Origin: Sphaerodactylus townsendi
Taxonomy: Eukaryota
Reading direction: 5' to 3'
DNA length: 64,000 nt
Assembly: GCF_021028975.2 (NCBI RefSeq)
Contig: NC_059426.1
Coordinates: forward strand, 144,646,001 to 144,710,000
Shown in pieces: positions 12,084 through 24,343 of the stretch. The notes below the pieces were generated by a model. That model was given only the letters and a program-made list of their open reading frames with translations, searched no databases and was not told the origin of the DNA. Within the stretch, counting starts at the first letter, position 1. The number at the start of each line of letters is the position of its first letter. The position numbers and the translations under genes were made by a program.

Positions 12084-12190
12084 TTTCCCCACACTTACCT
12101 TCTCTCGATCCTTGGGGGTTGAAGGGCAGTGTGGGTGTGCCTCCCCGTCCCTGCGGAGCTCTGCAGGGAGAGAAGGTAAGTGTGGGGAAA
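12084..12190. repeat. Perfect 23-bp inverted repeat with a 61-bp spacer
   Basis: TTTCCCCACACTTACCTTCTCTC (12084-12106) is the exact reverse complement of 12168-12190. Confidence 0.9.
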
Positions 12191-12369
12191 AATATGGCCC
12201 CTGGAATAGTGCTGTTTTTGATCTGTGTGGAATTTGCCTTTGATGAGCAAAGGAAGTCATGTAAAGCTGCTAAGCACCAAAATGGTCGACTTTGCTTTGT
12301 AGTGACTATGGCCATTCCTGCACAACAAAATAAAACGTCTTGAGGATAGAAATAGAAGTGTTTGGGGAA

Positions 12370-13006
12370 TAGTTCTGCACAGCTTCCCCCTCAAACGTTT
12401 TGAAAACATTTTATTTCAGCTCAAAACATTTTATTTAGGATCTGTTTAACTAGCAATCTTTCTTCCCCCCCCCCCCCAAAAAAAAATGATTTCAAAAACA
12501 TTTCCTGCTTGCTGTGTGGAGATCAGGAAACGTTTTATTTCTCCAGCCTGAATTTTGAAGGCCTCACTTTCATTTCTTCACCACTTGCCACCTGCCATTT
12601 TCTGCTGCTTCAGTTATTCTCCTTGCTGTCTGCCATTTGCTGAAGTGTCCTATGAACATTTTCTCATCTAGCATCATGGCTGCCTGCCATTTCCATCATT
12701 GTTGTGCATGAATAAACTCAATGTTGCCTTCTGATTATGTAAATGTGTCATTTTTCTGGTTTTTTAAATTTTTTGGGAAGATATTTGATGCTACATAGTC
12801 ACAATGTCCGGATCAGCAAGGCTTCAGATCTCTAGTCTATAGCTTCAACAATACGATGGTGTGTTGTTGTTTTTTTTAGAAAAAGAACCATTTTTGCCTG
12901 GAACTCTTTATTTTTCTGTGCTAGGCTGACAAAAATAAATAAATACTCAAATGGTTATTTTCAAAATGTTTGCAAAATGTTTTAAATGTTCTGTGCAGAA
13001 AAAGCC
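12370..13006. mobile_element. Older Harbinger-like non-autonomous element
   Basis: The left end TTCTGCACAG...AAACGTTTTGAAAACATTTT is inverted to the right end AAAATGTTTTAAATGTTCTGTGCAGAAAAAGCC. Confidence 0.5.
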
Positions 13007-15341
13007 TACTTTGACTGCCAGCAGCTCTTTGAAACCTCCGATGGACTGCTATTGACATTGTTAAGTGGAGATGCTAGGGACTGAACCTAGAATCCCTTGC
13101 ATTCACAACAGATGGTCTGCTACTGCACCATGGTTCATTTTCACATCATCAAAAAGCAAGGCTCTATCCCCCACCCCCCAAATGATTTGTTATTAGTGGT
13201 CAACAACTCAACATATGTTTCCTCCATTTGATGGTCAGGACCTTATATCTAATTTTACAACTATCAGCATGAAGACCACAACCACATTCATAGCTCCAAT
13301 CAACAATACTTTTGACAGCTGCAGTGTCAGTCTCTTCAAATGGTACATTGTTTGCAGGATCTAGGTTCATGTTAAAAGGAGTTTTTGTGAAGGGTGCTTA
13401 ATGTTGCTTCACAGTTCAAATGCACTCAAGATTGTTTGTGCTTTTGCCATTTTTTTGTTTTGAGGATCCAGTTCTTGGCAAAAGACAGTCATTGTCTCTT
13501 TCAGTCTACCCATTTTGGGAGATGTTGACGACTGATTTTGATTATTATTCTCCCCTTCCATCAAATGGTAAAAACCGTGTAAGAGTTTTACTATTGTAAA
13601 ACAGCACAGCATTTATTGGAAGTCAACATCTACCATATGCAAAGGAAGCTCTGTTTTACAGCGGTTGATCATGCAATGGCCAAAGAATGTAATGCAAATC
13701 CTTCTAATTCCACCATTCCTCCAGGGGTTGACTGCAAAACAACCCCAGTGTTGTAGGGAATTATTCTGGGAATCAGCCTTCAGGCTGCTCAAGAAGTACC
13801 TGGATTTGTAGTCATGTGTTCAAACAATCAGCAACAGTATGAACTTGTCAAGGTGCTGCTCTGGTTTGTAATCAACTGGAGAAGCAAGCAAAAAATGGGA
13901 GGCAGGACAATAGGGACACAGATGTCACCGCCAGCAGGGACAGAGGACTACATATGACCTTTGTATCATATCTATTGTGAGGACTATGAGTATATGGAGC
14001 TCTCCATCATATCTATTATCATATCATCATTATTCTCCTTCTCATCAATATTATATCCCAGACCATGCCACAGCACTTCTAAAATGTTCCTCCTGCAGCT
14101 GCAGAATATAACATTACAAATGTGCAAACAAAATATATTTTATTTGAGATTGAGCCAGATGGCTCCCTGAATTTGTAAAATTCTCCCCTTTTGGTGACAC
14201 TAGGCAAGGATGACTGCAAACAGGGTCAAAGTTCACCCATATGCAGGGAGAAAAAATCCTGTCCTTCATGGCTTAGGGAACCAGGAAACACTACTCCTCT
14301 TCTGATGCTGTGGCAAGCAGTGAAACTGCCTCAGCACAATGCAGTGAGAGAGGGAGCACATCTCCATATTATTGAGGCAATAGTGGCACATTTCCTCTCT
14401 CCCTTCAGTGTACTGCAGATGTTTCATTTCCTCCTTCCACAGTACAACACTAGAAGACAAAGAGCATTGGTTAGTTCCTTCGACCATTGGGTGATGCCTC
14501 TCTCTTCACATTTCAGTGTACCCAGTCTGATTAGCTAATATTGGCATGTCATCTCAGTCATGATGTGATCCCTGATTGGCTAGTATCACACAGTAAAAGG
14601 AAAGATAAAGCAGGGAGGTCAAGAAAGGGCAACATTGTAGAAACAAATAGCTATAGAAAGAGACAAATAAGATTCATTTTGGGTTTTATGGAAGGGCATT
14701 TCACACATTTCAATCTCCCCCTTCATTCTGAAATATTAGTGGATTGTATTCTTATTGCTTCAGTGTACTTTAGGAAGAAAATTCAATTCTGGCCTCTCAA
14801 GCAAAGCATTCTTCACTGAATAAGGTGAGAGTTGTTCTGCACTTTGTGGAATAAGGCAGAAAATATGCTTCAGGCTGGCATTATGTATGTGGTGTCCCTT
14901 CCTACTCTGCCTACATATTAGTTTAACTTAAGGCTACCAAGGATGATTCCACATGAAGAGAAAGCTCAAACCTTCATTCATTGACATCTGCAGAGCTGAG
15001 TCAGTGGTTTCACACAGGCACACACATCTATTTTTTAACACAACCCCATACTTGTATAAGTTGCTGTAGGCTTTAAGTAATGACCAGAACATCAAGATCC
15101 TTTACAACAATCAATTCTGACATATTGTTCTCTGTGGACAAATAGGAATATGTCCAGTTAGGACATATTCATGTACAGGATCTTAGATAAACATATGGGT
15201 TTGATCCAGGTTAAATTGCCAATTTCCTCTGATTTCTTCTTCCTTCTGCAGATCCTCCAGGACATCACTCAGGGTCCCCTATTCCCCAGGAGTAGTATTT
15301 CATAGAGCCAGAAAGGGGAGGTAGGAAAGTTCCATTTAGTC

Positions 15342-15422
15342 TATTGTCAAAGGCTTTCATAGCCAGAATCAACTGCCTGTTGTGTGTTTTCTGGGCTGTG
15401 TAGCCATGATTTGCTCCTAATG
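15342..15422 (-). mobile_element. Penelope-like (Poseidon-type) terminal fragment
   Basis: TATTGTCAAAGGCTTTCATAGCCAGAATCAACTG matches the termini at 16510, 48752 and 55259. Confidence 0.7.
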
Positions 15423-15424
15423 AC

Positions 15425-16146
15425 TGCTGAGGAATTACACAACTTTAAGGCTGACAATGAAGAAACTGAAATGATCTATTTCTTGGCTCCATCATCAACC
15501 CAAAAGAAGACTGCAACTTATTATTACTTCAATTTATCTCCCTAGAAATTAGAAGGAAATTGAAACTGGGAAGGGTAATGATGAGCTAGAAAAGATCCTT
15601 ACGTGTAAGGATGTGTCACTGGTGACCAAGATAACCCATACTGTAGTATCCCCCATTACTACGTACAGGTGTGAAAGTTGAACAGTGAAGAAAGCTTAAA
15701 GGAAGAAAATTGATTCCTTTGACATGTAGTATTGGAGGAGAGTTTTACGAATATCATGAATTGCCAAAAAGAGAAATAAGTGTGTTCTAGATCAAATCAA
15801 ACCTGAACTCTTCCTAAAAGTTAAAGTGGCCATTGTTCTTCAGTTATATTGTGAGAAGACAAGTATTGCCGAAAAAGACAATAATTTTATTTTATTAAGC
15901 TTACTACCCTGCTCTTTTCTGGCTGGGCTCAGAGCAGCTAACATACATAATCAAGTAAGGCTAAGGAAAGTTGAAGACAGCAGGAAAAGAGAAGGACCCA
16001 ACGTGATATAGACTGGCTCTATAAAAGAATCCATGGACTCTGTCTGCAAGACCTGCACAAGGTTGTTTACAAGATTTTGGAGCTCATTAATTCATAGGGT
16101 TGCTATAGGTAGGATGTGACTTGACAGCACTTAACCCACACACACA
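15425..16146 (+). mobile_element. RTE-clade (BovB-like) LINE 3' fragment
   Basis: Degenerate FLGSII...EIRRKLKLG...KDVSLVTK...YRCESxTVKKAxRKKIDSF..WRRVLRI motifs, ending in (CA)n. Confidence 0.8.
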
Positions 16147-16509
16147 TGCCATGCTAGCAATATGCTTATTTTTTTTCACAATTTACAGACCAATCCTAAA
16201 TATACTTCTACTCATCTAAATCTATTGACTTCAGTAGATGTAGAAGGGTGTAAATCTGTTTAAGATTGCATTGTGGTAGTTACTGCCATCACTCCCTTTT
16301 CCATAAGGTGGTCTTGAACCTTGTGATGCAGGATTAGAATAAGAATCAGTGCCTTGTCTGAGCTTTTGGATCATTTTCAGCTGAACTTGACACAAATCTC
16401 CATGGTCTCTCTCATGGTAGGACTTACTGCCCAACCTGATTCTTCAAAATATATATCCATTAGTTAGATCTAAGAGGAGACTCTGAAATATCCCATCAAG
16501 AGAGAATTT

Positions 16510-16763
16510 ATTGTCGAAGGCTTTCACGACCAGATTCAACTGGTTCTGGTGGGTTTTCCGGGCTGTGTGGCTGTCGCCTGGTGGATCTTGTTCCTAATGT
16601 TTCGTCTGCATCTGTAGCTGGCATCTTCAGAGGTGTGGACACAGTGTGTAACAGACTTCCCTCTGTGATACACCTCCAAAAATGCCAGCCACAGATGCAG
16701 GTGAAACGTTAGGAACAAGATCCAACAGACCATAGCCACACAGCCTGGAAAACCCACCAGAAC
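16510..16763. mobile_element. Penelope-like inverted pseudo-LTR pair with 13-bp TSD
   Basis: The two arms are inverted. CAAGAGAGAATTT occurs at 16497-16509 and 16764-16776. Hammerhead-like CTGAAGATGCCAGC..GAAAC lies on the minus strand at ~16592-16633, with a core-mutated copy on plus. Confidence 0.85.
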
Positions 16764-16776
16764 CAAGAGAGAATTT

Positions 16777-17252
16777 AAGCATAAGCATAAGCATTTTATT
16801 GTCATTGTGCACGCACAACGAAATTTACAGCAGCATTCCTCGATGCACACAATTTCAGACTCATACATCATCATCCTCCACCCATCCCTACACAGCCCCA
16901 AATACATCAATATGAAGCAGCGGAGTTTAGCATAGCCACAGCTCTAGAGTAGAAGCTGTCTCTAAGCCTCTTTGTCCTAGTTCTGAGGGCCCTGTATCGT
17001 CTGCCAGATGGTAGCAGTTTAAAAAGAGAGTGTGCTGGATGAGACGGGTCCCTCAGAATATTTTGGGCTTTATTTAGGCTTCGGGCATTATAGATTTCTT
17101 CCAAGGAGGGGAGAGGGCAGCCGATAATCCTTTGTGCAGTGGTGATCACCCTTTGGAGCGCCTTCCTATTCGCCACTGTGCAACTGGAGAACCATACACA
17201 GATGCAGTAGGTTAGGACACTCTCTATAGCACAGCGGTAAAAGGACACCAGG
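16777..17252 (-). mobile_element. Rex1/Babar LINE, 5'-truncated, with (ATGCTT)n tail
   Basis: The uninterrupted 113-aa frame SFYRCAIESVLTYCICVWF...LQRVITTAQRIIGCPLPSL...DPSHPAHSLFKLLPSGRRYR...RLRDSFYSRAV is the Rex1 RT C-terminus. Confidence 0.9.
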
Positions 17253-20103
17253 AGTGAACAAATTTGTTCACTTGAGGATTTTTACATTCTTCTACATGAT
17301 ACAAAGGCTGATTATGCACAATGTGCTTGCTGCTCCATGGAGGCAAATGTCCGTAGCAGCAAGATTTCTTGTGTGGACTGTTTCCTTGAGCCCCGCTTTC
17401 ACTTTCCATTCTCTCTGGGCAAGCAACATCACTTTTAGCAGGACTTTTAATCTGCTTCACTGTTAGAGCAGACAAATTTGCCAGTGAGCGCAGCTTTGCC
17501 CTGGCACTTTGCCTCCACCCACAGCTAGCCTTCTCTCCCCCCTGGGCCTCTCTGGATACCTTTCCCTTGCTCCCTCCCCTCTCCAAGCTGCTGGATCTTT
17601 CTTCCTTCCCTTCATGCCAAGACTGAAAGATTGATATCTTGATATAACAACAACAGAGAACACTTTTTCAAGGAGCAGTACAAGCAGGGTGTCTTTTTGG
17701 CTCCACCCCACCTCCCTAATGGTCAGGAGGGCTTTTAAAATTTTATTTCAGACAAGACTCTGTTTTGAAACAAGCCTCTCTTCTCTTCTCTTGCAGCAGC
17801 AAAAGACAGACACACTCACACAGAGAAAGTGTGTGTAGAGAGGTAGGGAGAGGGAGAGCATCTCAGCTCTAATGTTGAAACTCCCAAATGTGATGAGATC
17901 TGTACCTTTAAGGCTGTTGATGGGCAGAGTTAAGAAACTAGGAGAACCAGAGACCTAGCAGAGTTCAGCAGAAAAGCTGCACTGCAGGTTGTGGGTTGCA
18001 TCCTCAAGTGTAAACAGAGAAACGTGAGGAGACCCTACCACAGCCATAATGTGCAGCGGCCTGAGGTAAGTATTCCATGTATAATGGGCCAAAGAAACTA
18101 ATAATCCTCTTTTGGCTATGCCGAATATGGGCAAGGTTGGAGCTAACAGATTTTCAAACAAGTAAAGATATACATGACAGGCAAGTTGGCTTTTCCATTG
18201 ATGTCAGTAAAAATAGGGCAAGAGGACATCTGTAGGGCCAAATCATAAGAGTGTTTATCATCACCCTCTTAAAATCTCTTCTTTTGGACTGAGCTCTTCT
18301 GAATGTTCAACCATTTGGCGGACCTCAATTCCCAAACTGACTGCTGTGCAGATGCTGCGGCAATTGTGTCCATGAACACTTTGAAGATGCTATGGAAATG
18401 TTTCAGTAGCCTTCAGCAATTTCAGCCTTCAGCCAATCAGAATATTCTTGGAGCCCCATATCCCAAGCTCTGCGGCACTTGCACTTATTGGACTGTTCCA
18501 TCTGAGCAAAAGGAGGGGAGCACATGCTCCATATTAATCTTCATTTCAAGTAAGTTGTTTTAGCCCATGCTTTATTATGGCACTTTGTAACAATGCATCA
18601 GTAACAGCAGCCCCGGGGCAGTGCTTGCGTGCAGCAGGCTGAGTGTTTAAACTGCTCTCGAGACAGTCCCTAATCACACACAATGAGGCACTCCCTGGTG
18701 CACTATATGAATTTATAATAGCAATTTATATGATGCCCTGAAGCATGGATCGTATTTGGTCAGGGATGCTGGGGTTGGTCTAGGAAGGGGGGGGGGCTGC
18801 TCTTCATTTACATTGTCCTCTACTTCATTATATTTTATTGCACAAAACACACAACTCTGCAGTGACACTCGTGCTGTAAGTGTCAACAGTGCCCATCAAA
18901 CATTTCAGAGAGGTCTGTTTTCACCAGACTGACCTCTTTAAAAAGCCATTGCCCATCAACATGGTCCATTCAAATAGTATTCTCAATCTTTTACAATTTT
19001 TCTCAGTCCAAAAGCAATGAAAGACCAATACACTCTGACCATGTCTTCAAAGTGAAGCGTTAAGTGTAGAATTTATTGCAAAAAGTTCCTTCCCAGTAGA
19101 AAAAATTATGGTGCTCAGCTCTGTCTTCTAATCTTAGCTGCATAAAGTTATATTGTTAGCATACACCCAAACTAAAGGAATCTTATCTGTCCTGTGATGA
19201 TGCACAGGGCCTGGACTCTCTCTCCACCCCTCACCACAACATTTGCACAAAAGGAAAGATAGAGCTTTTTCTGGGTGAGGCATCAAAAAAAAGAGGGGTC
19301 CATCATACATTTGCATACGTTCAGAAACAAAATCCCCCCACCACCTTTTTGTATACTATATTTTTAGAGGGGTCCAGTATCATCTTCCTTTCAGGTACAA
19401 ATGATCCATACTAACCACTTTCTACACTTGAAACCAAGTGATAGTTTTATTTTCAGGTGTTGTCTTATATCCTGTCACATGTATGTTGATCAAAAAGTTC
19501 ACCGTTTACCAATAAAACTCATGCCACCCAAGAGGGTTTTTTTGTTTGTGTGTATGTGCATGTGTGTGCAGCTATTAAACAAATGCAATTGAGTGCACCA
19601 GGAGGAGGTGGAAGTGGATTGCGAATATAGCCTGCAACTCGGCCAGAATAATTTCTGAACTGGGCCTCCTGCTGGAGTGAGAAATGACGTTTACAGGAGA
19701 AAGGCTTAGAACTAATCTTCTGAAATGATGGTAAAGTGAATTCTTTCCAGGCTCTGCAGCTATTGCTCTTTCTGTGTCTCTGTTATTCCTTATTATTGTA
19801 ATGAGCTTTGCTCTCTGAAGTGGGATAAGGTCACCATCCAGATAAGATCAGTTTCAGCTGCCACAACTGAGATGATCAGATCACAGTTTGGAATGTTGCT
19901 CTAAATTCACCTTGTGTATTAACTTGGGGAAAAGAAGACAGAAAAAGGGCTAACTTCCCCCCCCCCTCCCCAGATGAAAGGAATAGTGTGCGTGATAACC
20001 ACTGCAGCTGTCCTTGTCCCCTAGTCTTCCATAGGTCAGAGTTTATCAACAGAATTCCATCTGGAGCATTTTGCCTTCCCAGAAAGTCTGCTGCTAGTGG
20101 TTA

Positions 20104-20653
20104 TGTAACCCCCATGCCCAGAATGGGTTGGCCCAGAATGGGTTGACCCAGTAAGGGGTGGAGACTCAGAGCAGCAGAAAGGCTGCAAGAGCTCTTTGCA
20201 GAAGACAAGGCTTCCAGACTCGGACCTTGATTTCCATAAGCCCTTAACACCTTGTTAAGGTAATTGCAATATTGTTGAGAACTACTGGGAAGGTAGTTGT
20301 TGTTTTTGCTATGTTGTAAATGTTGGAGTTTATTGTTTCAGGGTTTTCTTTTGTGGTTGTAATGGGTGAGAGTTCTCCTGGAGACCTTCATCATGTTGCA
20401 ACCTGTTCATCAAGCCCTTGGAGTCTTCAGGCGCCAGCCAACTTGCAAAGAAGAATTTGGACTTGGCAATATCAGTAGACTGTAAATAGAAGGACTTGAA
20501 ATGCAACCTGAACAGGACCTTGAATTGTAACGTTAAATGTTGATGTTTTAAAAGTGTTAATTGTAAAGAAAAGTAAACCATTTTGTTGTTTAAAAATTGT
20601 TGTTGCAACTCATTCCAAGTACTGCCCCACAGAACCCACAAGCTGAGGTTACA
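20104..20653 (+). mobile_element. Solo LTR (550 bp, Gypsy-like) with 4-bp TSD GTTA
   Basis: Perfect 7-bp TIR TGTAACC...GGTTACA. GTTA occurs at 20100-20103 and 20654-20657. There is an internal duplicated CCCAGAATGGGTTG and AGTAAA near the 3' end. Confidence 0.85.
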
Positions 20654-20699
20654 GTTACATTCTGTGAATGACTCAGTGGATGATGTTCTGGAAACTTTA

Positions 20700-21840
20700 C
20701 AAGCAGACCCTTGGAATACTGCAGAACTACTAGATCTATCTGCTGCCTTTGACACAGTGGACCATACCATCTTCTTGAGGTTTCTAGAGGCAGACATAGT
20801 CATCAGGGGTTGTGTGTTTGTTTGGTTCAAACCATTCCACATGGACCAGACCTCAAGAATTGCCATTACCAGTTATCATCAATGAGGGACCTGTAATGTG
20901 GGGTCCCCCAAAGTGCAATTCTATCCCCTCCATGAGATTCAATGTATAAGTAAAGCCTTTAGACCAAATCATGCATAGTTTGGGGGTTGGCTGTTATCAA
21001 TATTCACAGCTATATATATCATCCTAATCTGGTGATGTGGTAGAATTCCTAAATTGCTGCCTGGATGCTGTGGCTAAATGGTTGTGAACAAATTGAGACT
21101 ATAGCCTGGATAGAACTAATGCTGGTTGGGAAGGCAAAGGTCTTGAAAGACAGTACACTCCCTACTTTTGATGGGGTTCCATTGATCATTACTGTTTCAG
21201 TAAAGAGTCTCAGGGTTATTCTGGACCCAGCAATATTGCTGGAGAAGCTAATTAATGCAGTTGTGAAAAAGTCTTTCTTCCAACTCAGCCTAGCTTGAAA
21301 ATTGCGCTCTTACAATGATATGGCTGATCTGGCAGCCTGGATCCATGCCATGGTAACATCGAGGCTAGACTACTTTAATGCACTGTACACTGGTCTCCCC
21401 TCAAAATCAATTTGGAAACTCCAGTTGGTGCCCCACCTTATAGAATGGTCTGCCTGAGGAGGTCAGGAAGGCTCCAACTCTCCTGGCTTTCACGAACTAT
21501 GCAAAACTGAATTATTCAGGAAGGCTTTTCTACTTAAGCACTGTACAAAGTGATTCACAAAGTTATGTGGATAAATCATTAGGACTGTGGTCTATACTAC
21601 TATGTATGGTTTGCTGTAAATTGGATCCTACTATGTAATTTTGCATCGTTTAATGTGCCATGTTAACATTTATACTTTTCTTCAGTTCTGTATTTTTTTC
21701 AGATTTCAGGCTGATTCTACAACCCAAATCCTATTTCATTGTTTATTGAATGTCCCATCCTGTTGCTTGTATTGACTCATTCTATGTGATCAGCCTTGTG
21801 TCCCAGTGTGAAAGGTGGGCTATAAACAATGTACATCAAT
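20700..21840 (+). mobile_element. L2-clade LINE RT fragment and 3' end (internally deleted)
   Basis: LLDLSAAFDTVDH, GVPQSAILSP, VKSLRVILD and IHAMVTSRLDYFNALY motifs, with frameshifts. Confidence 0.85.
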
Positions 21841-22980
21841 AATGGGATGAGACAAAACTGGAGCATAGTATCAATGCAATCCTAAAAAGAGCCATGTCCT
21901 TCTAATGACCCTATTCAGGTGGAGGTGGGAAATGGCTTTAAGGAGTGGCAGAGGGCTCCGCTGGTGCATTTGTCCCTTCTGCCCACACAAGGGGCACTCA
22001 CACCAGTGGAGAGAGCAAATATGCCAGCATCAGGCAACACCAGTGAGGGACTTCCAAAGCAAATTCCCTTCTATTCCTCTGCAGAGGCATCCTTGGTAAA
22101 CCATGGCACTTTCCTTCTCTTTCTCACATGTACTTTGGAAGGGAGAATCAGTTTAATCAGTTAAAGGCAATACAGTGGCACCTGGTGGTCTGCTGTAGTG
22201 GCATTCTTTTGAAAAGAGGGGTTCAGCCACAGGGGGCGGTAGAAAGGTAGAAATCCTTTTCCTGAAGGGTGAAAGGGTTCACCACAGCATGCATTACCTT
22301 GTTCAGTTTCCCAATAGGTTCCACCCCTCTCCACTGCAACAGCAGTTCTCCTTTCACTTATTTGACTGCTTTCCCCTGGTCTTCAATGGCTGAAGAAAGT
22401 TGTAAAGAGCAGAAGTAACAAAGAATGAAAGCAACATGTATATCAATATAATTCCATGATGAATGCAAGGGCAAAGGACTGGCAGGTTTGCAATGCTCTG
22501 AAGTCTATGACGTGTCTCATCTGCTTTTTTGCATAGATTTCCTTCTCCCACTGCCACATTTCCTTGCCATCAACATATTGTGTAATGTAACCCAACCCTT
22601 TCATGATGACTTACACAGGCATGAGGTGTATCTGTATCCCATATGGTTGCCTTGACCTGCCATAGGAAGAAGGCAAATGTTAAGTGATCTGGGAGGGAAC
22701 AATAGGTCAATTTAATTACCCAACCATATCCCTGGGGGGAGAGGTGCCTTCATTGTTGGCTGGAAAGGTTCTGTGCACTGACTGCTTAGGCACAATGGAT
22801 ACTGCAAACTGCACTGCATACCCCTAAGAATGTAGTTCATTTTCCAAGCCCAAAACCTCATGGCATATAAAGAAATTTAAGGAGGGGGAAAGTGTGTGTG
22901 TATGTGTGTATCTTAAACAAAAATAACAACAACAATAATAATATAGTGTGAACTCTGAATGTCTAGTAAAACAGAGAGGT

Positions 22981-23090
22981 AAGAACATAAGAAGAACCCT
23001 GCTGGATCACACCAGTGGTCCATCTGGTGTAGCATCCTGTCTCACACAGTTGCCAACCAGTTTCTGTGAAGGTCCAGCAACAGGGCAAAA
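22981..23090 (-). mobile_element. CR1 3' UTR fragment
   Basis: AAGAACATAAGAAGAACCCTGCTGGATCACACCAGTGGTCCATCT resembles the reverse of the CR1 tail at 24290-24343. Confidence 0.7.
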
Positions 23091-23290
23091 GTACAAAATG
23101 ATGCCCCCCATAAATTATATACATATATTTTATATACACACACACAATTATGCCCTCATATGTTATATAAATATATTACACACACATATGTCAACATAGA
23201 TTATCAATAACTCTTTCAAATGACAGAAAAAATTATGTTGACCTCTATGAACTGTTAATGAATAATTGCACTTTTACATTGTTTTATCTA

Positions 23291-24343
23291 TCTGGAAGTA
23301 GGGGTGGGTAGCGTGGTGGCCAAGTTTGCAGATGATACCAAATTATGTAGGGTGGTGAGAACCACAAAGGATTGCGAAGAGCTCCAAGCGGACCTTGATA
23401 AATTAGGTGAGTGGGCTAAGAAATGGCAAATGCAGTTCAATGTAGCAAAATGTAAAGTGATGCACACAGGGGCAAAAAATCCAAACTTCACATACACGCT
23501 ACAGAGGTCAGTGCTATCAGTCACAGACCAGGAAAGGGATTTAGGTGTCTTAGTTGATAGTGCCATGGGAATGTCAACTCAATGCATGGCAGCTGTGAAA
23601 AAGGCAAACTCTATGCTGGGGATCATTAGGAAAGGAGTTGATAATAAAACTGCAAAGATTGTCATGCCCTTATATAAAGCAGTGGTGCGACCGCACTTGG
23701 AGTACTGTGTCCAGTTCTGGTCGCCGCATCTCAAAAAGGATATTGAGGAGATAGAAAAAGTGCAGAGAAGGGCAACAAGGATGATTGAGGGACTGGAGCA
23801 CCTTCCCTATGAGAAGAGGCTGCAGCGTTTGGGACTCGTTAGTTTGGAGAGGAGGCGGCTAAGGGGGGATATGATTGAAGTCTATAAAATTATGCATGGG
23901 GTAGAAAATGTTGACAGAGAGAAATTTTTCTCTCTTTCTCACAATACTAGAACCAGGGGGCATTCATTGAAAATGCTGGGGGGAAGAATTAGGGATCTAA
24001 TAAAAGGAAACACTTCTTCACGCAACGTGTGATTGGTGTTTGGAATATGCTGCCACAGGAGGTGGTGATGGCCACTAACCTGGATAGCTTTAAAAGGGGC
24101 TTGGACAGATTTATGGAGGAGAAGTCATTTATGGCTACCAATCTTGATCCTCTTTGATCTGAGATTGCAAATGCCTTAACAGACCAGGTGCTCGGGAGCA
24201 ACAGCCGCAGAAGGCCATTGCTTTCACATCCTACATGTGAGCTCCCAAAGGCACCTGGTGGGCCACTGCGAGTAGCAGAGAGCTGGACTAGATGGACTTT
24301 GGTCTGATCCAGCTGGCTTGTTCTTATGTTCTTATGTTCTTAT
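23291..24343 (+). mobile_element. Young 5'-truncated CR1 LINE (ORF2 C-terminus, 3' UTR, (TTCTTATG)n tail)
   Basis: ORF 23304..24032 contains KFADDTKL, WQMQFNVAKCKVMH, RPHLEYCVQFWSPH, KVQRRATRMI and RLRGDMIEVYKIMHG. There is one frameshift near 23995 and an octamer tail. Confidence 0.95.

Noticed and set aside
13560-13900. Possible hAT transposase dimerisation-domain fossil on the minus strand (PLEEWW...STAVKQSF)
   Set aside because: The similarity is too weak and frameshifted to support without a profile search.
17461-17900. Possible third solo LTR starting TGTTAGAG
   Set aside because: No matching CA terminus with a TSD could be found.
23304-24032. 242-aa ORF as a functional gene
   Set aside because: It is the 5'-truncated, frameshifted end of CR1 ORF2 with no promoter or true start.
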